Shown here: positions 27,954 through 45,441 of the stretch, piece after piece
How positions within the stretch are numbered: the stretch's first letter is position 1
Layout: each line of letters opens with the position of its first letter
Origin: Octopus vulgaris
Taxonomy: Eukaryota
Direction of reading: 5' to 3'
Assembly: GCA_951406725.2 (NCBI GenBank)
Contig: OX597814.1
Location: 100,130,001 to 100,194,000 of the forward strand
Length of the DNA: 64,000 bases
Notes under the pieces: model-generated
What the model was told of the DNA's origin: nothing
The model's database searches: none
What the model saw: only the letters and a program-made list of their open reading frames with translations
Program-made: the position numbers and the translations under genes

Positions 27954-28112
27954 CGGGGGCGGACTGAGAGTTTTAAGGGTCATCGGGCATAACTGTTCCC
28001 CGGGACCCTTTCAATGTGTGTTTTAGTAGACCTAATATGTAGAGTGCGGGCCCCTCAGAGCTCTGGGGCCCTTGGGCAGCGTCCGATTGACGGATGGCAC
28101 AGTCCGCCTACG
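27954..28112. mobile_element. hAT-like MITE
   Basis: GC-rich island with TIR cores ggcggactg / cagtccgcc. The 8-bp flanks gtgcgtgt and gtgtttgt (6/8 identical) fit a decayed 8-bp TSD. Confidence 0.65.
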
Positions 28113-28375
28113 GTGTTTGTGATTGTGTTTATATATGTACGTATATATGTGTGTGTGTGTGCGCCTGTGTGTATGTATGCATTTACGAATGAACAGGCCC
28201 TAATCCCTATGGATTTTATATTAAGTATATTGAATAGCTTTATGTGACTAAATGTATACAGGCACACAGATGTGCACCTAAGTATATTCGTGCATATGAA
28301 AGATTATTATATTTTATACCTTTATTACACATATTTCATTTCCACTCGCACACATAAATGCACAAATATGTTCTG

Positions 28376-28446
<71 letters not shown>

Positions 28447-28539
28447 GTCTGTCTGTCTATCTATCAATCTAATTAGCCATATATCTATCTGTCTACCTAT
28501 CAATATATATATGTGCGTGTGTATGTATATATGATATGT

Positions 28540-28588
<49 letters not shown>

Positions 28589-28624
28589 GAGAGAGAGAGA
28601 GAAAGTGAGAGAGCTACATACACC

Positions 28625-28668
<44 letters not shown>

Positions 28669-29514
28669 TTATCACATATATATATAGAAAAGCATACGTA
28701 TATATAAAATATCAGTAATACTTTATATACATACATAGATATATGTTAGCGTGTGTGTATGAGTATGCATGTCTAAGAGTGTGTACGCCGATCTAGTTAC
28801 CAAACGGACGAGCTATTTGCAGTACCCATTTTACGTTTGTACACATGAAATATTTTTCCTCACAAATATATAAAGGTGGTATGCACCGAAACGTATACAT
28901 CCACGCCTTTTTTTATTTACTACTTATATCATACGCCCAAAGACTTAATTTCCATTTACGCGTCCCCGTTTTCTCAGTTTCACAAATGTTCTTCTATTTC
29001 GCATTCACATAAAGACATGTGGCAACCAGACATCATATATACCATTCCTATTGTTTCTTTCACATCCTCTTCTAAAATTCTCTCTAACATCTTGTTCTTT
29101 ATTTCGCCCGTCTTCTAAAAATCTCCACCCTCGGCATTTTATAAATTCTATTGCTTTTCATGATATAAATTATTGTTTTAACGAGTTTCATCAGCACATG
29201 TAGAACATATCTCCCAACAATATTATATGTATGGCACCGCTCTTCAAAAGAAAATGCATGTGTTTCGATGTATTAAAGCTTCTAGGGAACGGATATTCGT
29301 TTATCTACATTCACAGTCGTACAACCTTACAAATTTGATCCATCGAATCCAGTCATCAATAACAAAGTCGCTACAGAAAAACAATATCTGAATAGCAGCT
29401 AGCTCTCCCCTCAAACTTTTTCTATATTACACTAATATATGTTCGAGTGTGGGTGTATGGGTGTATGTGTGTGTGTGCGTGCGCGTGTGCGTCTTTGTGT
29501 GTGTATTATATACA

Positions 29515-29554
<40 letters not shown>

Positions 29555-30254
29555 CTCTATATAAATATATATATATATATGCATATGAATATGTATATAT
29601 ATTTGTATATAAATATATATATATATATATATTTGTATATAAATATATATATATATATTTGTATATAAATATATATATATATATTTATATATATATATAT
29701 ATTTGTGTATATATATAGTTACGCATATATGTGTATATGCATGTATTTACGTAAAAATATTTGAAAAGAAGTATTTGTATATCGATTCCTATTTGGATGT
29801 TTATCAATCTCACAACATACATATATATCTCCAAGGCTTCGTTTCAACGCATCTGACACAAATTCTTTATATATGTTACTTTAATCTCTCCAATATTTCA
29901 GATTGTTTTACATCAAAGCAACAAATATATTTCTTATATTCATCTGCATTCTTTTATAGTACAAAGATTTTTGCGTACAAAATCGCAGTATTTCAAAGTT
30001 CTTAGATTTATGTAGAAATTAATATATTTATTTCCAATGCTTACATGTGGAATTGAGGCTAGCACACACATACACCCTTACATATACACTCAACAAAAAA
30101 AAAAAACGAAATATTATATATGTCTACGCCAATAAAATATATATAAATAAAACTATATATATATATATATAAATACATGTCTGTGTGTGCATATGTATAT
30201 ATGTAAATATACATATATATAAATGAATATATATGTACATATATATACATTGTA

Positions 30255-30289
<35 letters not shown>

Positions 30290-30508
30290 TTGTGTTTGTG
30301 CATATTCATACACACATGTACATATATGTATATATATAAATAGATGCATAGATGTACGTATACGTCTACGCACTCACACGTATGTGTGTGTGTGTGAGTT
30401 ACATATGTATAAATTTATACATTTATACACACATATGTATATATGTCTGTTTGTGTCTTGGTGTATGCACGTGTGTGTGTGCAAAACTGTTTACACGTGT
30501 ATGTATTA

Positions 30509-30557
<49 letters not shown>

Positions 30558-30638
30558 TATACATGCATATATATATATATATATATATATATAAGCCTAC
30601 ATATATATATTTAATGTATATATATATATATATAAGCC

Positions 30639-30698
<60 letters not shown>

Positions 30699-30899
30699 CA
30701 TAGATATATTTAGATACTTATATACACACATGAATTTATATAGCTATCCATCTACAGATAAATATATATGTAAAATATATAGGATGGCGAATATTTTTAG
30801 AAATTTCACTACCAGTAAATATATATGAATATGAATATATAGTACATATTATCATGCATGTGTATATATGAATTGACACACCCACACACATATATATAC

Positions 30900-30930
<31 letters not shown>

Positions 30931-31000
30931 TAGGTAGATAAGCATGCATACATATGTATATTTTCAAACTATAGGTATGCATAAATAATAGATAGATAGT

Positions 31001-31073
<73 letters not shown>

Positions 31074-31298
31074 CGATTTTGCGTTCGTACAAATCTATTT
31101 GATATTGATTAACATAAAGCTAATTATCTTTCTCAACAATAGTATTAACATTTTTTTTGCAATTATTATTACGCTTGCATATACAGGTTGACAGTGATAA
31201 TATGTATATACAGATTTGCGCACACCTATATACGCGTATATCATAATCAAATAGAAGCCAAAAATATATGTGTACATATCTATCTATTTATCTATCTC

Positions 31299-31363
<65 letters not shown>

Positions 31364-31380
31364 ATATATATATATATGTA

Positions 31381-31423
<43 letters not shown>

Positions 31424-31588
31424 ATATATGTATTAGATGAGACGGTGAAATGTATATATGAATATATATATATGCCAAAACAGGAGCCACACCTGAAACT
31501 CCGAATAAATTTCTTGAGTGCACATGCACATCTTTCGTTTAACCATTCCCTCACACACACACACACATACACACACACATACACACTC

Positions 31589-31619
<31 letters not shown>

Positions 31620-31824
31620 TGTATGTATGCATGTATATATGTATGTAGTTACGCATATATGTGTATATGCATGTATTTATGTAAAAATATATCCCCAAAA
31701 ATATACATATATATATATATGCATATATGTATGTATATATATATATTTGTATTGATATATACACATATATATATATAATTATTAATACATATATACGTAT
31801 AAATATATATACATATACATCTAC

Positions 31825-31871
<47 letters not shown>

Positions 31872-31934
31872 TATATATATATTATATATTATTATTAATA
31901 CATATATACGTATAAATATATATACATATACATC

Positions 31935-31997
<63 letters not shown>

Positions 31998-32011
31998 TAT
32001 TATATTATTTA

Positions 32012-32044
<33 letters not shown>

Positions 32045-32195
32045 TATATATTATATTATATTATTTATATATATATATATATATATCAGCCGAAATTACT
32101 ACGATGATCCGGTTCTTGACTGAAGACTGATCGAATGTCCTGTCCGTGTTTATTGTGTCGTCTTCTAAGAGTTATACGTTCTTTCCATATTTTTT

Positions 32196-32245
<50 letters not shown>

Positions 32246-32878
32246 CATACATACATACATACATGTAAATGTATATGAATATATCTGCAATCATATATTT
32301 AGTCGTACCCGTATGCATATGTTTACTTGCCGTTGGGTCGATATTAAGCCACTGAAAATAATTTTCAATTGTGAAACTTACTGCCGTCTAAGTGAAATCA
32401 TTCCATAAATTATTTTATGCAATTATTGTTACTTATTATTACCAGTTGTTTATAATTTACATAACTGTCATGATTTTGATGCGTGTGAAATTACTAGAAC
32501 GCAAATCGTTATTCTTCATATGTCTCGTTTTCTCTTTAATCACTTTTCTATATTTCATTGAACCTCACATTTATTAACGGATGAAATAATGATAACCCGA
32601 TCAGGTGCATCTATGTAGTAACCGAAACATTTATTCTCTTTTTTATTTGCGAAAGAAATTAGAGGTATGCGTATAATTCTTCATATGAACACATACACAT
32701 ACATACACATATTCACACAAACACACACACACAAGCATACGACCGCACTGTCACAGAGGTATGTATGAATATGCATCCAATTTTTTTTTTTTGTATGTGC
32801 ATGTGTTGTACATCTGAATATAGTGATATACATATCAATACTCAAAAGATTTCATATTACACATGTGTATATACACCT

Positions 32879-32951
<73 letters not shown>

Positions 32952-33114
32952 TCTATCTATATATGTATACATACATACATACATACATATAACACACACA
33001 CACACATATATATATATATAAGCACATGCACACACCTATATCTGAATATATATACATATATCGTTATATATAAGTAATCAATGTAAATATATATACACAT
33101 ACGCATACATATTT

Positions 33115-33158
<44 letters not shown>

Positions 33159-33654
33159 AATATATGCATACACATACATAGACGTATGTATATACATACG
33201 TGTATATATATCTGTATATGTAAATATTTGCATGTGAGTGGGTGTGTCTCTGTAAGTGGATGTTTAATTTTGCATATAATTAATTATATGTTTATAAACA
33301 TTTCAATTCTTTAGTCACTGATTACCATTAATAGAGTGTATATATAATATACTTCAGCAACCATGAATAATAAATTAGTACAAACAATGAAACGCACTAA
33401 TTAATATATAAACATGCATTAATATATGCATACACACCTACACAAAAGCTTCCCTCACACGTTTATATTTATATGTATAGATATATATTTACTGTGCGCC
33501 ATTCATGTACCATTTATAATTCAAAGGAATTATTGTTTGATTAATATAACAATTATTTACATCTACTACACTAACAACGACACAAGCATAATTAGTTATT
33601 CACAGAGAGAAGCACTCATATAAACATTATTTTTATTTATAGTTAGATAAATCA

Positions 33655-33730
<76 letters not shown>

Positions 33731-33833
33731 AACTATATATATACATATATATATGTAAATGGCGGTGCCCCAGCATGGCCACAGCTCGTGAGCTGAAACT
33801 AGATAAAATAAAAAAATTAAATAGAATAAAATG

Positions 33834-33865
<32 letters not shown>

Positions 33866-34090
33866 TCTTTAGTTTCACTCATTAGACTGTGACCATAGTT
33901 ACATAGATAGTTACTTACATATGTGTATACATACATCTACACATACCTGATGGTACGTAAACTGATTGACAAGCAAACATATAGATAGCCAGGTAAATAA
34001 ATAAATAGAGAGATAGATAGGTAGATAAATAGATAGATAGATAGATAGATAGTCAGATAGATAGATAGTCAGATAGATAGATAGATAGAT

Positions 34091-34155
<65 letters not shown>

Positions 34156-34410
34156 TGATAGATAGTCCGATAAATAGATAGATAAATAGATAGATAGCTT
34201 TTTTTGTAGGGTCACCAAATTTGTTTAAATTTGCAATAAAATTCTGTTTTAAATAGCAATATATGCAATTTTAAAATTTGACCACTATATTTTAAATAAC
34301 ACTTACCAGACGAAATTAAAACGCATTTAACTCCATTGACAAAATAATTAGGCACACCGTTCTTCATAGGTATATAATTATCTATCTATATATATACATA
34401 TATATATATA

Positions 34411-34480
<70 letters not shown>

Positions 34481-34512
34481 GTATGTATATATATATATAT
34501 CTATATGTATCT

Positions 34513-34585
<73 letters not shown>

Positions 34586-34598
34586 ATATGTACATATG

Positions 34599-34642
<44 letters not shown>

Positions 34643-34769
34643 TATGTACATACATATATATGTATATATGTGTGCGCGCGAATATACATACTTGTATATG
34701 AATATATATATATGTATATGTACGTATATACGTATATAAATGAATATATGTATATGTGTATACACACAA

Positions 34770-34847
<78 letters not shown>

Positions 34848-34849
<2 letters not shown>

Positions 34850-35003
34850 GACGAGCTTCTTTCGGTTTCCGTCTACCAAATTCACTCACAATGATTTGGT
34901 CGGCCCGAGGGTATAGTAGAAGACACTTGCCCAAGGTGCTACGCAGTGGGACAGAACCCGAGACCATGTGGTTGGTAAGCAAGCTACTTACCACACAGCC
35001 ACA
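34848..35003 (-). mobile_element. Family C SINE 5' part
   Basis: Minus strand gtggtaagtagcttgcttaccaaccacatggtctcgggttctgtcccactgcgtagcaccttgggcaagtgtcttctac. Similar heads lie at about 36148-36270, 46265-46420, 50660-50810 and 62090-62225. Confidence 0.8.
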
Positions 35004-36011
35004 CCTACCTACATGCACACATGTGTACATACATATATGACAGTAATCGAAATGTATGAAAGTAATCGAAATCTCATCATACATTTGTATGATTTTAAGA
35101 TTAGATGGTGTGCTTTATATGAAAGTGTATGTTTGCTCCACGATCATGTATACAGATAGAGATATTTTATCTAGGATAGTAGTAAATTCCAAAACAGTTT
35201 TATTTCATACTTTTCAGTAAAGTTTTACTTATCATCGTGATTGAAATATGGTGATTCCTATTGTTAAACCTTATAAATATTTCTTAGCATAGAAAAAAAT
35301 AAAGAAAACTCATTTCGGATACAATTTTATCCAGTCTCACTCATAGACACATACAAACACACCCAGGCACACACAGAAACACAGATACGTGGTGCGTGTG
35401 TGGGTATATATGCATACAACTTCATTGAATATATATAAAAACAATATATTCATATAAATATACGAAAATATATATTGTTATATTTACATAAGTTAAAATT
35501 TTGTGTATTTATCTATATACATATATGCGTATACACACAAACATACACACGTATATATATATATATTTATATATATATATATAATTGTTTCTCAGTTATG
35601 TAATCAAGTATATATTTACAACACTTGTAACTATGGAGTTATTTCTAATGTTATGAAAGCTTAGACAACTCATTTTAGAAATACGCTGTTATTTAACATA
35701 AAGATAATTAAGTTTACTTTTCTATGTATGTAAACATACATCCTTGATTAAAATTATCTGCATATATATCTATATAAGTCCTGGGGGTCGATTTGTTCGA
35801 CGAAAGTGATCATCCAGCATTGTTGCAGTCAAAAGAGTGAAACAAATAAAAGAATAACACACACATATAAATATATACATACATATATATATATATTCTT
35901 ATATATACATATATACATATATATACATATATATGTACCTGTATATATATATGTTTGCGTAAATATGTATATATATATATGTATATGTATATATATGTAT
36001 ATATATATATG

Positions 36012-36128
<117 letters not shown>

Positions 36129-36992
36129 ATGCATGTGCATATACATATACGGTCGGCTTCTTTCAACCTTCTGAACTAAATGCAGTCAGAAGTCTTTAGT
36201 CAATCCGGGGAGGGTGGGGTAGATACTACGCAGTGGGATTGAACCCGAAAGATGTGTTGGTTGGGAAGCAACAATACAATCCCCCCCCCACATATATATA
36301 TATATATGTTCCCTTGCGTTCGTTTGATTTAATCAATTAATTTCTCTATATTTGGATGGCCTTTTAAGTGCTGTCTTCCCGTGCACACCTCATTTGCACA
36401 TTGTCTGTTGCTCTTTTTCCTTCTTTCTCTCTATCTTTCCTTATCACTCTCTCCCCTCTCTCTTTCTTTCTCTCTCCCTCTCTGTCTAGCTTGCTCGCTT
36501 TCACTCTCTAAACCCATTAAAATATAATAATGTTTACGTATCTACCCATCCATATTTTTATGAAGTTCGTTTTAGATAGGTATACTATTAACGGTGGGCC
36601 GATTCCTGGTTCATTGTCACATTGAATGAAATCAGGATACTTCGCGTAATAAGGAGCCAGAAACAAAAACAATAAAAAAAAAACAGAACAATTTTATTAG
36701 GAAACAGCAACAAAGAGAGTGGCTCAATCACGAAAAAAGAAGAATACAATGTGAAACGAAATATAAGGAAAAGAAAAGTATAACGGTAAGAAGGAGAGAT
36801 AAAAGTAAGAGGTATTACATAGAAAAAAATGGAAGAAAATATAAAATTGAAAAGAATGTGAAGAAAGAGGGAAAGCAAACGAAACCACGAACTGAAGTAA
36901 GAAGGAAGGAAGTAAGGAAAGTGAAACATGAAAGTGCGCAAAAACAGTTTAAAATGATATTTTCTTGTATGATTTGTTGGCCAGATAGAAAC

Positions 36993-37048
<56 letters not shown>

Positions 37049-37488
37049 AAGTGACAGAGAGAAAGTGACAGTGAGACACACACATAAAGAGGGAGAGGAA
37101 GAGGGAGAGAAAGGGAGAGATTGAAACACACACATCTACGGATATATGTACGGATGTAACTATAAATATGCATGCGTATATGTATACATATACGTATATG
37201 CATGTCCATATCTGAGGCAATATGCGAAAACTTTTGAAGCGAAACTTTTATCGTTCTGTATGTATGAATGTATATATGTATGCATATATGTACGTATGTA
37301 TGTATGTATGTATGTATGTATGTATGTATGTATGTATTATGTATGTATGTATGTATGTATGTATGTATGTATGTATGTATGTATGTATGCATCTGTGTAT
37401 GTATGTATTCATGTATGTACGTGAGTATATGTGTATGTACGAAATTCAATGAATTATGAGAAATGTATAAGCATATTAGCATGGTCAT

Positions 37489-37566
<78 letters not shown>

Positions 37567-38273
37567 TAACTAGCTGGCTATATATATATATATATATTGT
37601 GCCACATCTTGTCTTTACGTGTAAGTCTGTGCATGATAATGTGCATGTATGACTGTGATAATGCATGCAATGAAGTATGTGGATGCGTGTGAGTGTCGAT
37701 ATATGTGTGTGTACTGCCTGTCCGCTTCAGTAGCAGTCTGATGCAAAGCCCTATACATTTGAATAGGACAGTTGATGAGCATAGCTCCTTTCTCTTTTAT
37801 CCTTTTATTTTCCCTTGCTCTCATCACTCAGGAACTATAATGCTGAATTTTGATAAACATTTAGTTGACACATATGTTAGTGTGTGCGCATATGCGTGTA
37901 TTACCAACAGAGTGCAAAATGATGTACAGCTAGACTAAGTGGTCTTAAATACCATGTACAGCCAAAGAAAATGATGTCCTTCAAAATGTATTATGTGTAC
38001 ATAAATAAATACGCGCATACATACGACCATAGACACACTTGCACACATACATATACGTATATGTATGTGTGTGTATATATATATGTTTATGTATATATAT
38101 ATGTGTATGTACATACATATAGATATAGATATATGTGTGCGTATATATATATATGTGTATGTATATGCACATATACATATATACATACGTATATACATAT
38201 CCATGTGTGTATATATATATGCATATATATACATATATATTATATACGTGATTATATATATATACATATATAT

Positions 38274-38305
<32 letters not shown>

Positions 38306-38353
38306 GCATGTACACATACATATATATATATATATATGTATATATATGCATGT

Positions 38354-38411
<58 letters not shown>

Positions 38412-38695
38412 GCATGTACACATACATATACTCACGTATATATGCATATTATGTTCACATGCGTGCTTACTCATTATGAATTAGATGGAACGAGAGAGAA
38501 GCGAGGGAGAAGGAGAAAAAGAGAGAGGTGGGAGAGAGAGAGGGGGGGGGCAGAGAGAGAAATTGAGTGAGAGCGCATAAGCAACATGGCATTTAATTCT
38601 ACGTCCAATTAAGTCAGATTTCGGAAAAAGCACTGTTTTACAATAATTCGTTTACGCCGGAGCGAAAATCGTATGTATAGACACATACACACACA

Positions 38696-38728
<33 letters not shown>

Positions 38729-39234
38729 GCAAACACGCAAACACACACATGCACACACTTATACACAGATGCAAATATATATGTAATAACTGAGCGGGTT
38801 TCAAATGATTATAACTATTTGATAGAATCGACTGCTTAAAAGTTATCCAGTTGGTACGTCACGTATATGGTTTTAATCAATTCCTTGATGAGGATTTGAA
38901 AGCGATTTCGTCTGTTGTGTCTGTTGAGTTGGCACTTCCCATCTTCAACACAAACTACAAATTTGAACTTATTTTGAACAAATTTTTAGTTTGTGTTGGG
39001 TAAATTTCAGAATTCTTTGAGGCATTTTATAAAAACCTCTAACGAGAACAGTCAATCTAAATAATCCTTAAAAATCAAGATTGATATTTATTTCCATTTC
39101 TTTATCCAACGGACCATTTCATTTAAAGTGTTGCACCATTTCATTTTGCAATTATCTTAGTTTTATTTTTCATTATATTATTTTTCTTAGTATCATTATT
39201 ATTATTATCGTTATTATTATTATTGATATTATTA

Positions 39235-39287
<53 letters not shown>

Positions 39288-40447
39288 GTTGTTGTTGTTG
39301 TTGTTGTTGCTGTTATTATTATCACTGTTGTTCATTTATTTAACTAAATATATATTGTTTGTTTGGTGCAATTAAGTATAAATATGACCACTTCCTACAT
39401 ATTTCTTTCTCTCTCTCTCCTTCTCTCTCTCACTCTTTAGTATTTTTATTCCATTTTTTCCAGTTATTCTCCTCCTTCTCTTTCACTCTCAACCACATGC
39501 ATAAGTGCATAGTTACACACACACTTAACCACATTTACGTACATACATACTTAAATGCATACATACGTACATATGCTCAAGTATATGTTTGTTTTTGTAT
39601 ATTGGTTTTGATGATGAATGTGCGCGTACGTGAATGTTTCAGTACCATAGCACGCCAGGTCGTTAAGAACACATCTCAAAACTATTCTATATGAAGCCTA
39701 TTTAGGCTACATTAGCCAGCTGCATTATAGCTCTCTGTCCCGAATCATAAAATTCTCATAGAAGGTTTTACAATCAACCATAGTCTAATCAAGGACTAAT
39801 TAATTTTACAGACCTGCCACCATTTCCAACTGGAATTACACCATAAAGGTTTTCCCTACATGTAACTAGGTAGAATGGAGCTTGGCAGAGCAATAAACAT
39901 AGTAATTCCTAATACATCAAAGATATTAAAGGGTACGGGTAGTACTCGCTTGTATGGTCCTCACTTCTTTACTGGTGTCAATCGTGGAACGAGGAAATAC
40001 AAATTCGACCGCGACAGAATTTGAAGTCAATACGTAAAGGAGCGTACCCAATGCATATTTTGACTGATTCTTCATCGCTTTCAAATGATCATCACAAGAA
40101 TGCTATTAATTTTGAATGAGTGTCTTAGTCGATACTATAAACTCCAGTACATGATATATTACTATATTTTATTGGAATAATGCAAAGCTCTTCTAATAAC
40201 TCGTCAAGTATTTAACCAATCTATCGCCTTAAATAAACCATTTCTAAATTAGCCACAACAGTAGAAAGCGGTAAGGATAAAAGGTGATTATATCGACCGC
40301 AGTACTTGACTAATTCTTCTTTTATACACACCGAAATGATGAAAAGGCAGAGTCGACTGCGGTGGAATGTGAACTAGGAACGTAAAGACGGACGAAATGT
40401 CGCTATGCTGTTTGTCCGGTGTGCTAACGATTCTACAAGCCCGCCAC

Positions 40448-40473
40448 CTTACTACTACTACTACTACTACTAT

Positions 40474-40545
<72 letters not shown>

Positions 40546-40732
40546 GCTGCTGCTGATAATAATAATGATAATTATGATGATGGTGGTGATGATGCTGACG
40601 ACGACGACGATGGTAATAACAGCAACAGCAACAACAACAACAGTAACTACTACATCAACAACAATTACAACAACAACAACAACAACAATAATAATAATAA
40701 TAATAATAATAATAGTAATAATAATAATGATA
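40448..40732 (+). repeat. Compound trinucleotide microsatellite (TAC/AAT/GAT/AAC) next to the 5' end of a minus-strand head-D SINE (~40290-40448)
   Basis: Directly visible. The SINE is recognised from ggtgtgctaacgattctacaagcccgccacctt. Confidence 0.8.
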
Positions 40733-41572
40733 TGACGAAGAAGTTTAAGGCAATTGATGAGTTTTACAAGTGGTCACCCATTGAAATTGTTGTCTGGCTT
40801 CATCCAGTTTAACTTTCTGGGATCTGCTTGAATCACTGCCAATTGGCCGTAAATCAATTTCACTCTTCCGTAGAGTAATTTATATATCGAAGCAATTTAA
40901 GCATGCCATTGTGTTTATAGATGCGATGAGAGCGCGAAAACGACATTTGACAATTATATGACCTTTAAATGGGATTTGGTTGATCATATATTTCACGAGG
41001 AAATGAGTCTGTTGATCCGAGGATTAGATTATTGGTAATGTTATAAATTGGGTAGACGTCGCTTAAGATAATGATCCACGTGCACTCAAGTCAGTGTATA
41101 TGAATCGGCTGACTTGGCTCTGAGAAAAATAAATAAAAAAAATAAAAATCCAGAGTGAGAGAAGGAGGGATGCAAATGTGTATGACTTAGTGCGATAGTG
41201 TTCTAGAAGGAGAACCAAAGGGAAACACTTATATATGAAGAGAAAAGAAGAGAACGAAAAAAAAGGCAAATGGTGGAAGAGGTAGACAGAGATAATGTTC
41301 AATTGCTTCTTACGTATTTGCAGAACGGTTAAAATGCTTTGGTTCGTTTACCATGAGTGAGCCAATCAATAAAATAAAGTACTTGTAGAAATAATAAACA
41401 AGCCTCTGAGTAAAATATCTTATGTTGTCTTTCTCTGGCTCAATGTATCAGCAAAATATATGTCAATATACCAGAATTAACGTGGGTACTACATCATTAA
41501 AATGCTTAAGTCGTGATAGTTACGGTGGAAACGTATTATGATTAAAATTCATAAATTCCTTTATCCAGATAC

Positions 41573-41945
<373 letters not shown>

Positions 41946-42726
41946 CAGAACAATTTTTTTTTCCCTACATTATCAGTCATCTGGATATGGTTGTGTTAAC
42001 TCACGGTCAGCCCTCCCCGAGCATATCTTTTACTCAAAATCATTGCGGGCGGGACCAATCCGGGTTCTTTACATATACAGGGAGGTCCTATTTATTAATG
42101 ATAGCAGAGAATGGTTGGGGCGAGGGAAAATTTCGTAGTAATTTATTTACTAGCATGTTGAGCGAGCGATACAATCTGCCTTGATACATGGGCTTTAGCA
42201 TACTTGTGGCGCATATGTAACCGGTTGGTTGTTATAAACGAGAGCAACAATAAAGCAGCAGAATAGAGGAGAAATATGGACAACCAAATCTTATATCTCA
42301 CAAAAGAAAAGGGCGTGCCGTTTGTCCATGTTAACTTATATATTACTCTATGCCGTTTGCGGCATTAACTAGTTTTGCTGGCTGTGGTGTGTTTTTTCTC
42401 CAGGAAGACTTAAACTTCTTACATATAAATCATACATCATAATATGTTACTTTTGTAAATCAAGAGGATAGTTGACTCTCGTTATTAAATTGACAACTGC
42501 TCAGACAGACTCACAAAAACACCGACTTACGCACATAACGTTCATACCCGGACATACACACATTAAATCAAAACATTTTCTATTCAGAAGAAAAGTCAAT
42601 GAAATGAATGTGATAAATAAAATTGTGTATGAATTTATGTGTGTATCATTGATATATTTTTCTATGAATAGGCGGATTTATGAATGTATATATGTGTGTG
42701 TTTGTATATATATATATGTGTGTGTG

Positions 42727-42757
<31 letters not shown>

Positions 42758-44019
42758 ATGTCTTTATATAGATACATACATGTACGAATATATATATGTA
42801 TGTACATAAATACTGAACATAAGTGAGAAATAGGCAATGGTTGGCAGAATCGGTAGAGTGACGTCTAATAAAATATCACATATCGGTATGAAGAAATGTA
42901 TATAGCTTAGTGTGCTTACGTTGCCATAACTTAGCCGTTCAGTAAATGGAAACCGATAAAATTTAAGTGCCAGTATCGATTTTTTTCGGTGGAACCCTTT
43001 AAGATGGGTGTTCCACAATGGCCACAATACAATGACTGAAACAAGTAAAAGAAATATTTAAAACGATAGAAGATATATGTATAATAAACAGGGTTGGTAA
43101 ATGAGAACGAAATTGTGAGTTCGTAGCTATTTAAAGACATGACTTAACAAAAAACTATAAAAGGATTAATTCAAAATCTGAGACACACGAAGAAAGAAAA
43201 GATAGAAAGATAGATCTGAGAGAGATCTGATGATTTCCGTTGAAATATTCGTATATGATAATATAGATTGAGAACAAGTTTTATCACTCTATTTCTCTCT
43301 CACTCTCTCTCTTTCTCTCTACCAGTCTCTCTCTCCCGCTCTCCCTCCATCAGTCTCTCTCTCTCCCGCTCTCTCTCTACCAGTCTCCCTCTCTCTCCAG
43401 CTCTCTCTCTCATTCTTTTCCCTCCTGTTCCATGTCATTCACTCCCTCTTTTCTGATTCGCATCTATTTTTGGCACTGGAACATACCAGAACACCGTCTT
43501 ATCAGTTGATTCTAATCTTGGAGTAAAGCACGTTCGCTCATTCTTCACTTACGCATCTCAGTTCTTAGTTTAGTATTTTACCCATCACCTTTTTCTAATT
43601 ATTACAGAGTTAGTCTTTCATTTTTCCACTTAATTCTTGCACCATCACACATTCACAAACAGTCACTCACACACATACGCACATAAACACACATATATAC
43701 ACACACATATACTTGCATACATTACATACATAAAGACAGACAAACATATATGCATGCACTAAACGCTAACAAAAACACACTAAATGCTGGATTTTCCGCG
43801 AAATTTTTTCTTTTCTTGTGCATTTGTATTTTTCAACATTTTTCAACGTAGTCTACATCCGTTTGTAACTCTTTCTTTTCTTTCATTATCTTCCTTTTTC
43901 TACCGCTAGTCTTCCCTTTTCATTTATTATTGACATCTCTGTCTGCCTGTCTCTCTATCGCACTGTCAATGTTTGTCGGTCTCATTCTCTCTCTCTCTCT
44001 TCGTGTTCTAAGTAGCTTG

Positions 44020-44355
44020 CTTACCGTGTGGTAAGTAGCTTGCTTACCAGCCACGTGGTTCCCGGTTCAGTCCCACTGTGTGGCACCTTGGACAAGTGTC
44101 TTCTAGTATAGCCACGGGCCGACCGAAGCCTTGTGAGTGGATTTGGTAAACGGAAGCTGAAAGAAGCCCGTCGTATATATATGTTTGTGTGCGCGAGTAA
44201 GTGTTTGTGTGTCTGCGTTTGTCCCCCCAACATCGCTTAACAACCGATGCTGGTGGGTTTACGTCCCCGTAATATAGCGGTTCGGCAAAAGATATCGATA
44301 GAATAAGTACTAGGCTTGCAAAGAATAAGTTCTGGGATCGGTTCGACTAAAGGCA

Positions 44356-44356
<1 letters not shown>
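44020..44356 (+). mobile_element. Family C SINE, near full length
   Basis: gtggtaagtagcttgcttacc...ggttcagtcccactg...accttggacaagtgtcttct...tttacgtccccgtaa...cgactaaaggc. Confidence 0.85.
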
Positions 44357-44396
<40 letters not shown>

Positions 44397-45441
44397 TACA
44401 CATACGTGCATACAGATACATACACACACACGCGCACACACGAACACAAACACACACATATGCACGTACGTACTTTCGGTCATACATACCTACCTACATA
44501 CATGCAGATATACTGTACATATACTGTACATACATACATATATGCATACATACGTGCATACATATATACATACATACATATACGTATATATATGTGCTGT
44601 GTTTCTGTATGTGGAATTATATATCACACAAATCCATTCTCAATCTCTACTTTTCTCTCATTTTGAATCTTCTCTCTCACTTTCCACTCTCTCCCCTTCT
44701 CTCTCTCCTTCCCTCCCACCTACACAGATGTAGTCACAAATTTCTGTTACTTTTTCCCTCTTTATGTTTTCAACTAATCATGCTTCTATCAGAGCCTCTC
44801 AACACCATTATTACTTCATCCCCCTTTTTCTCCTATCTGCTCAATATATCTCTTCATACGCCACCTCGTTGTTTCTCTTATGGACATGAAGAAGCAAAAA
44901 TAAAAATTAAAAAAAAAAACAGGAAAGAAAATGGAAAATAATAACAACTACGTCGACGATGACAACAAAACGACAACAACTCTGACAACAAAACAATAAG
45001 AACAAGAACTACAACAAACGCAGAAAATGGTGAAAACAAAAGTGAAAACAGACAGAACTGTCAATGTTATGTGAACACACCACAAATCTAACTGCTAAAT
45101 ATTGCAAACCTATACCAAATGATGCAGCTGCTTCAGTTTTTTAACACACCCCGACACACACAGACACACACACACACAGACACACATACATAGACACACA
45201 CACACACTCACGCATATGCACACGCACACACAGACTCACACACACAGACTCACACACACACACATTTACCGTGTCAGTTAATTCGTACGGGGTTGGGTTG
45301 TCCTCGCTGAAACCTTTAAAATACCACTCCTTCATTAATTAGCAACGATGTCCAAAGAAGAGATTCTAGTTTTTCTTTAAGATAGGTGTTTGAAGGAATA
45401 CGATTGATAAGATTGTGGAAGTGTAATATGGTTTCACACAA

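Noticed and set aside
32086-32200. ctgaaga...gaa motif in a unique island between TA tracts, as a second hammerhead
   Set aside because: There is no GAAA box and no credible stems I-III.
42047-42059. GC box plus CCAAT as a promoter
   Set aside because: No associated exon or CpG-rich context, and short motifs alone are insufficient.
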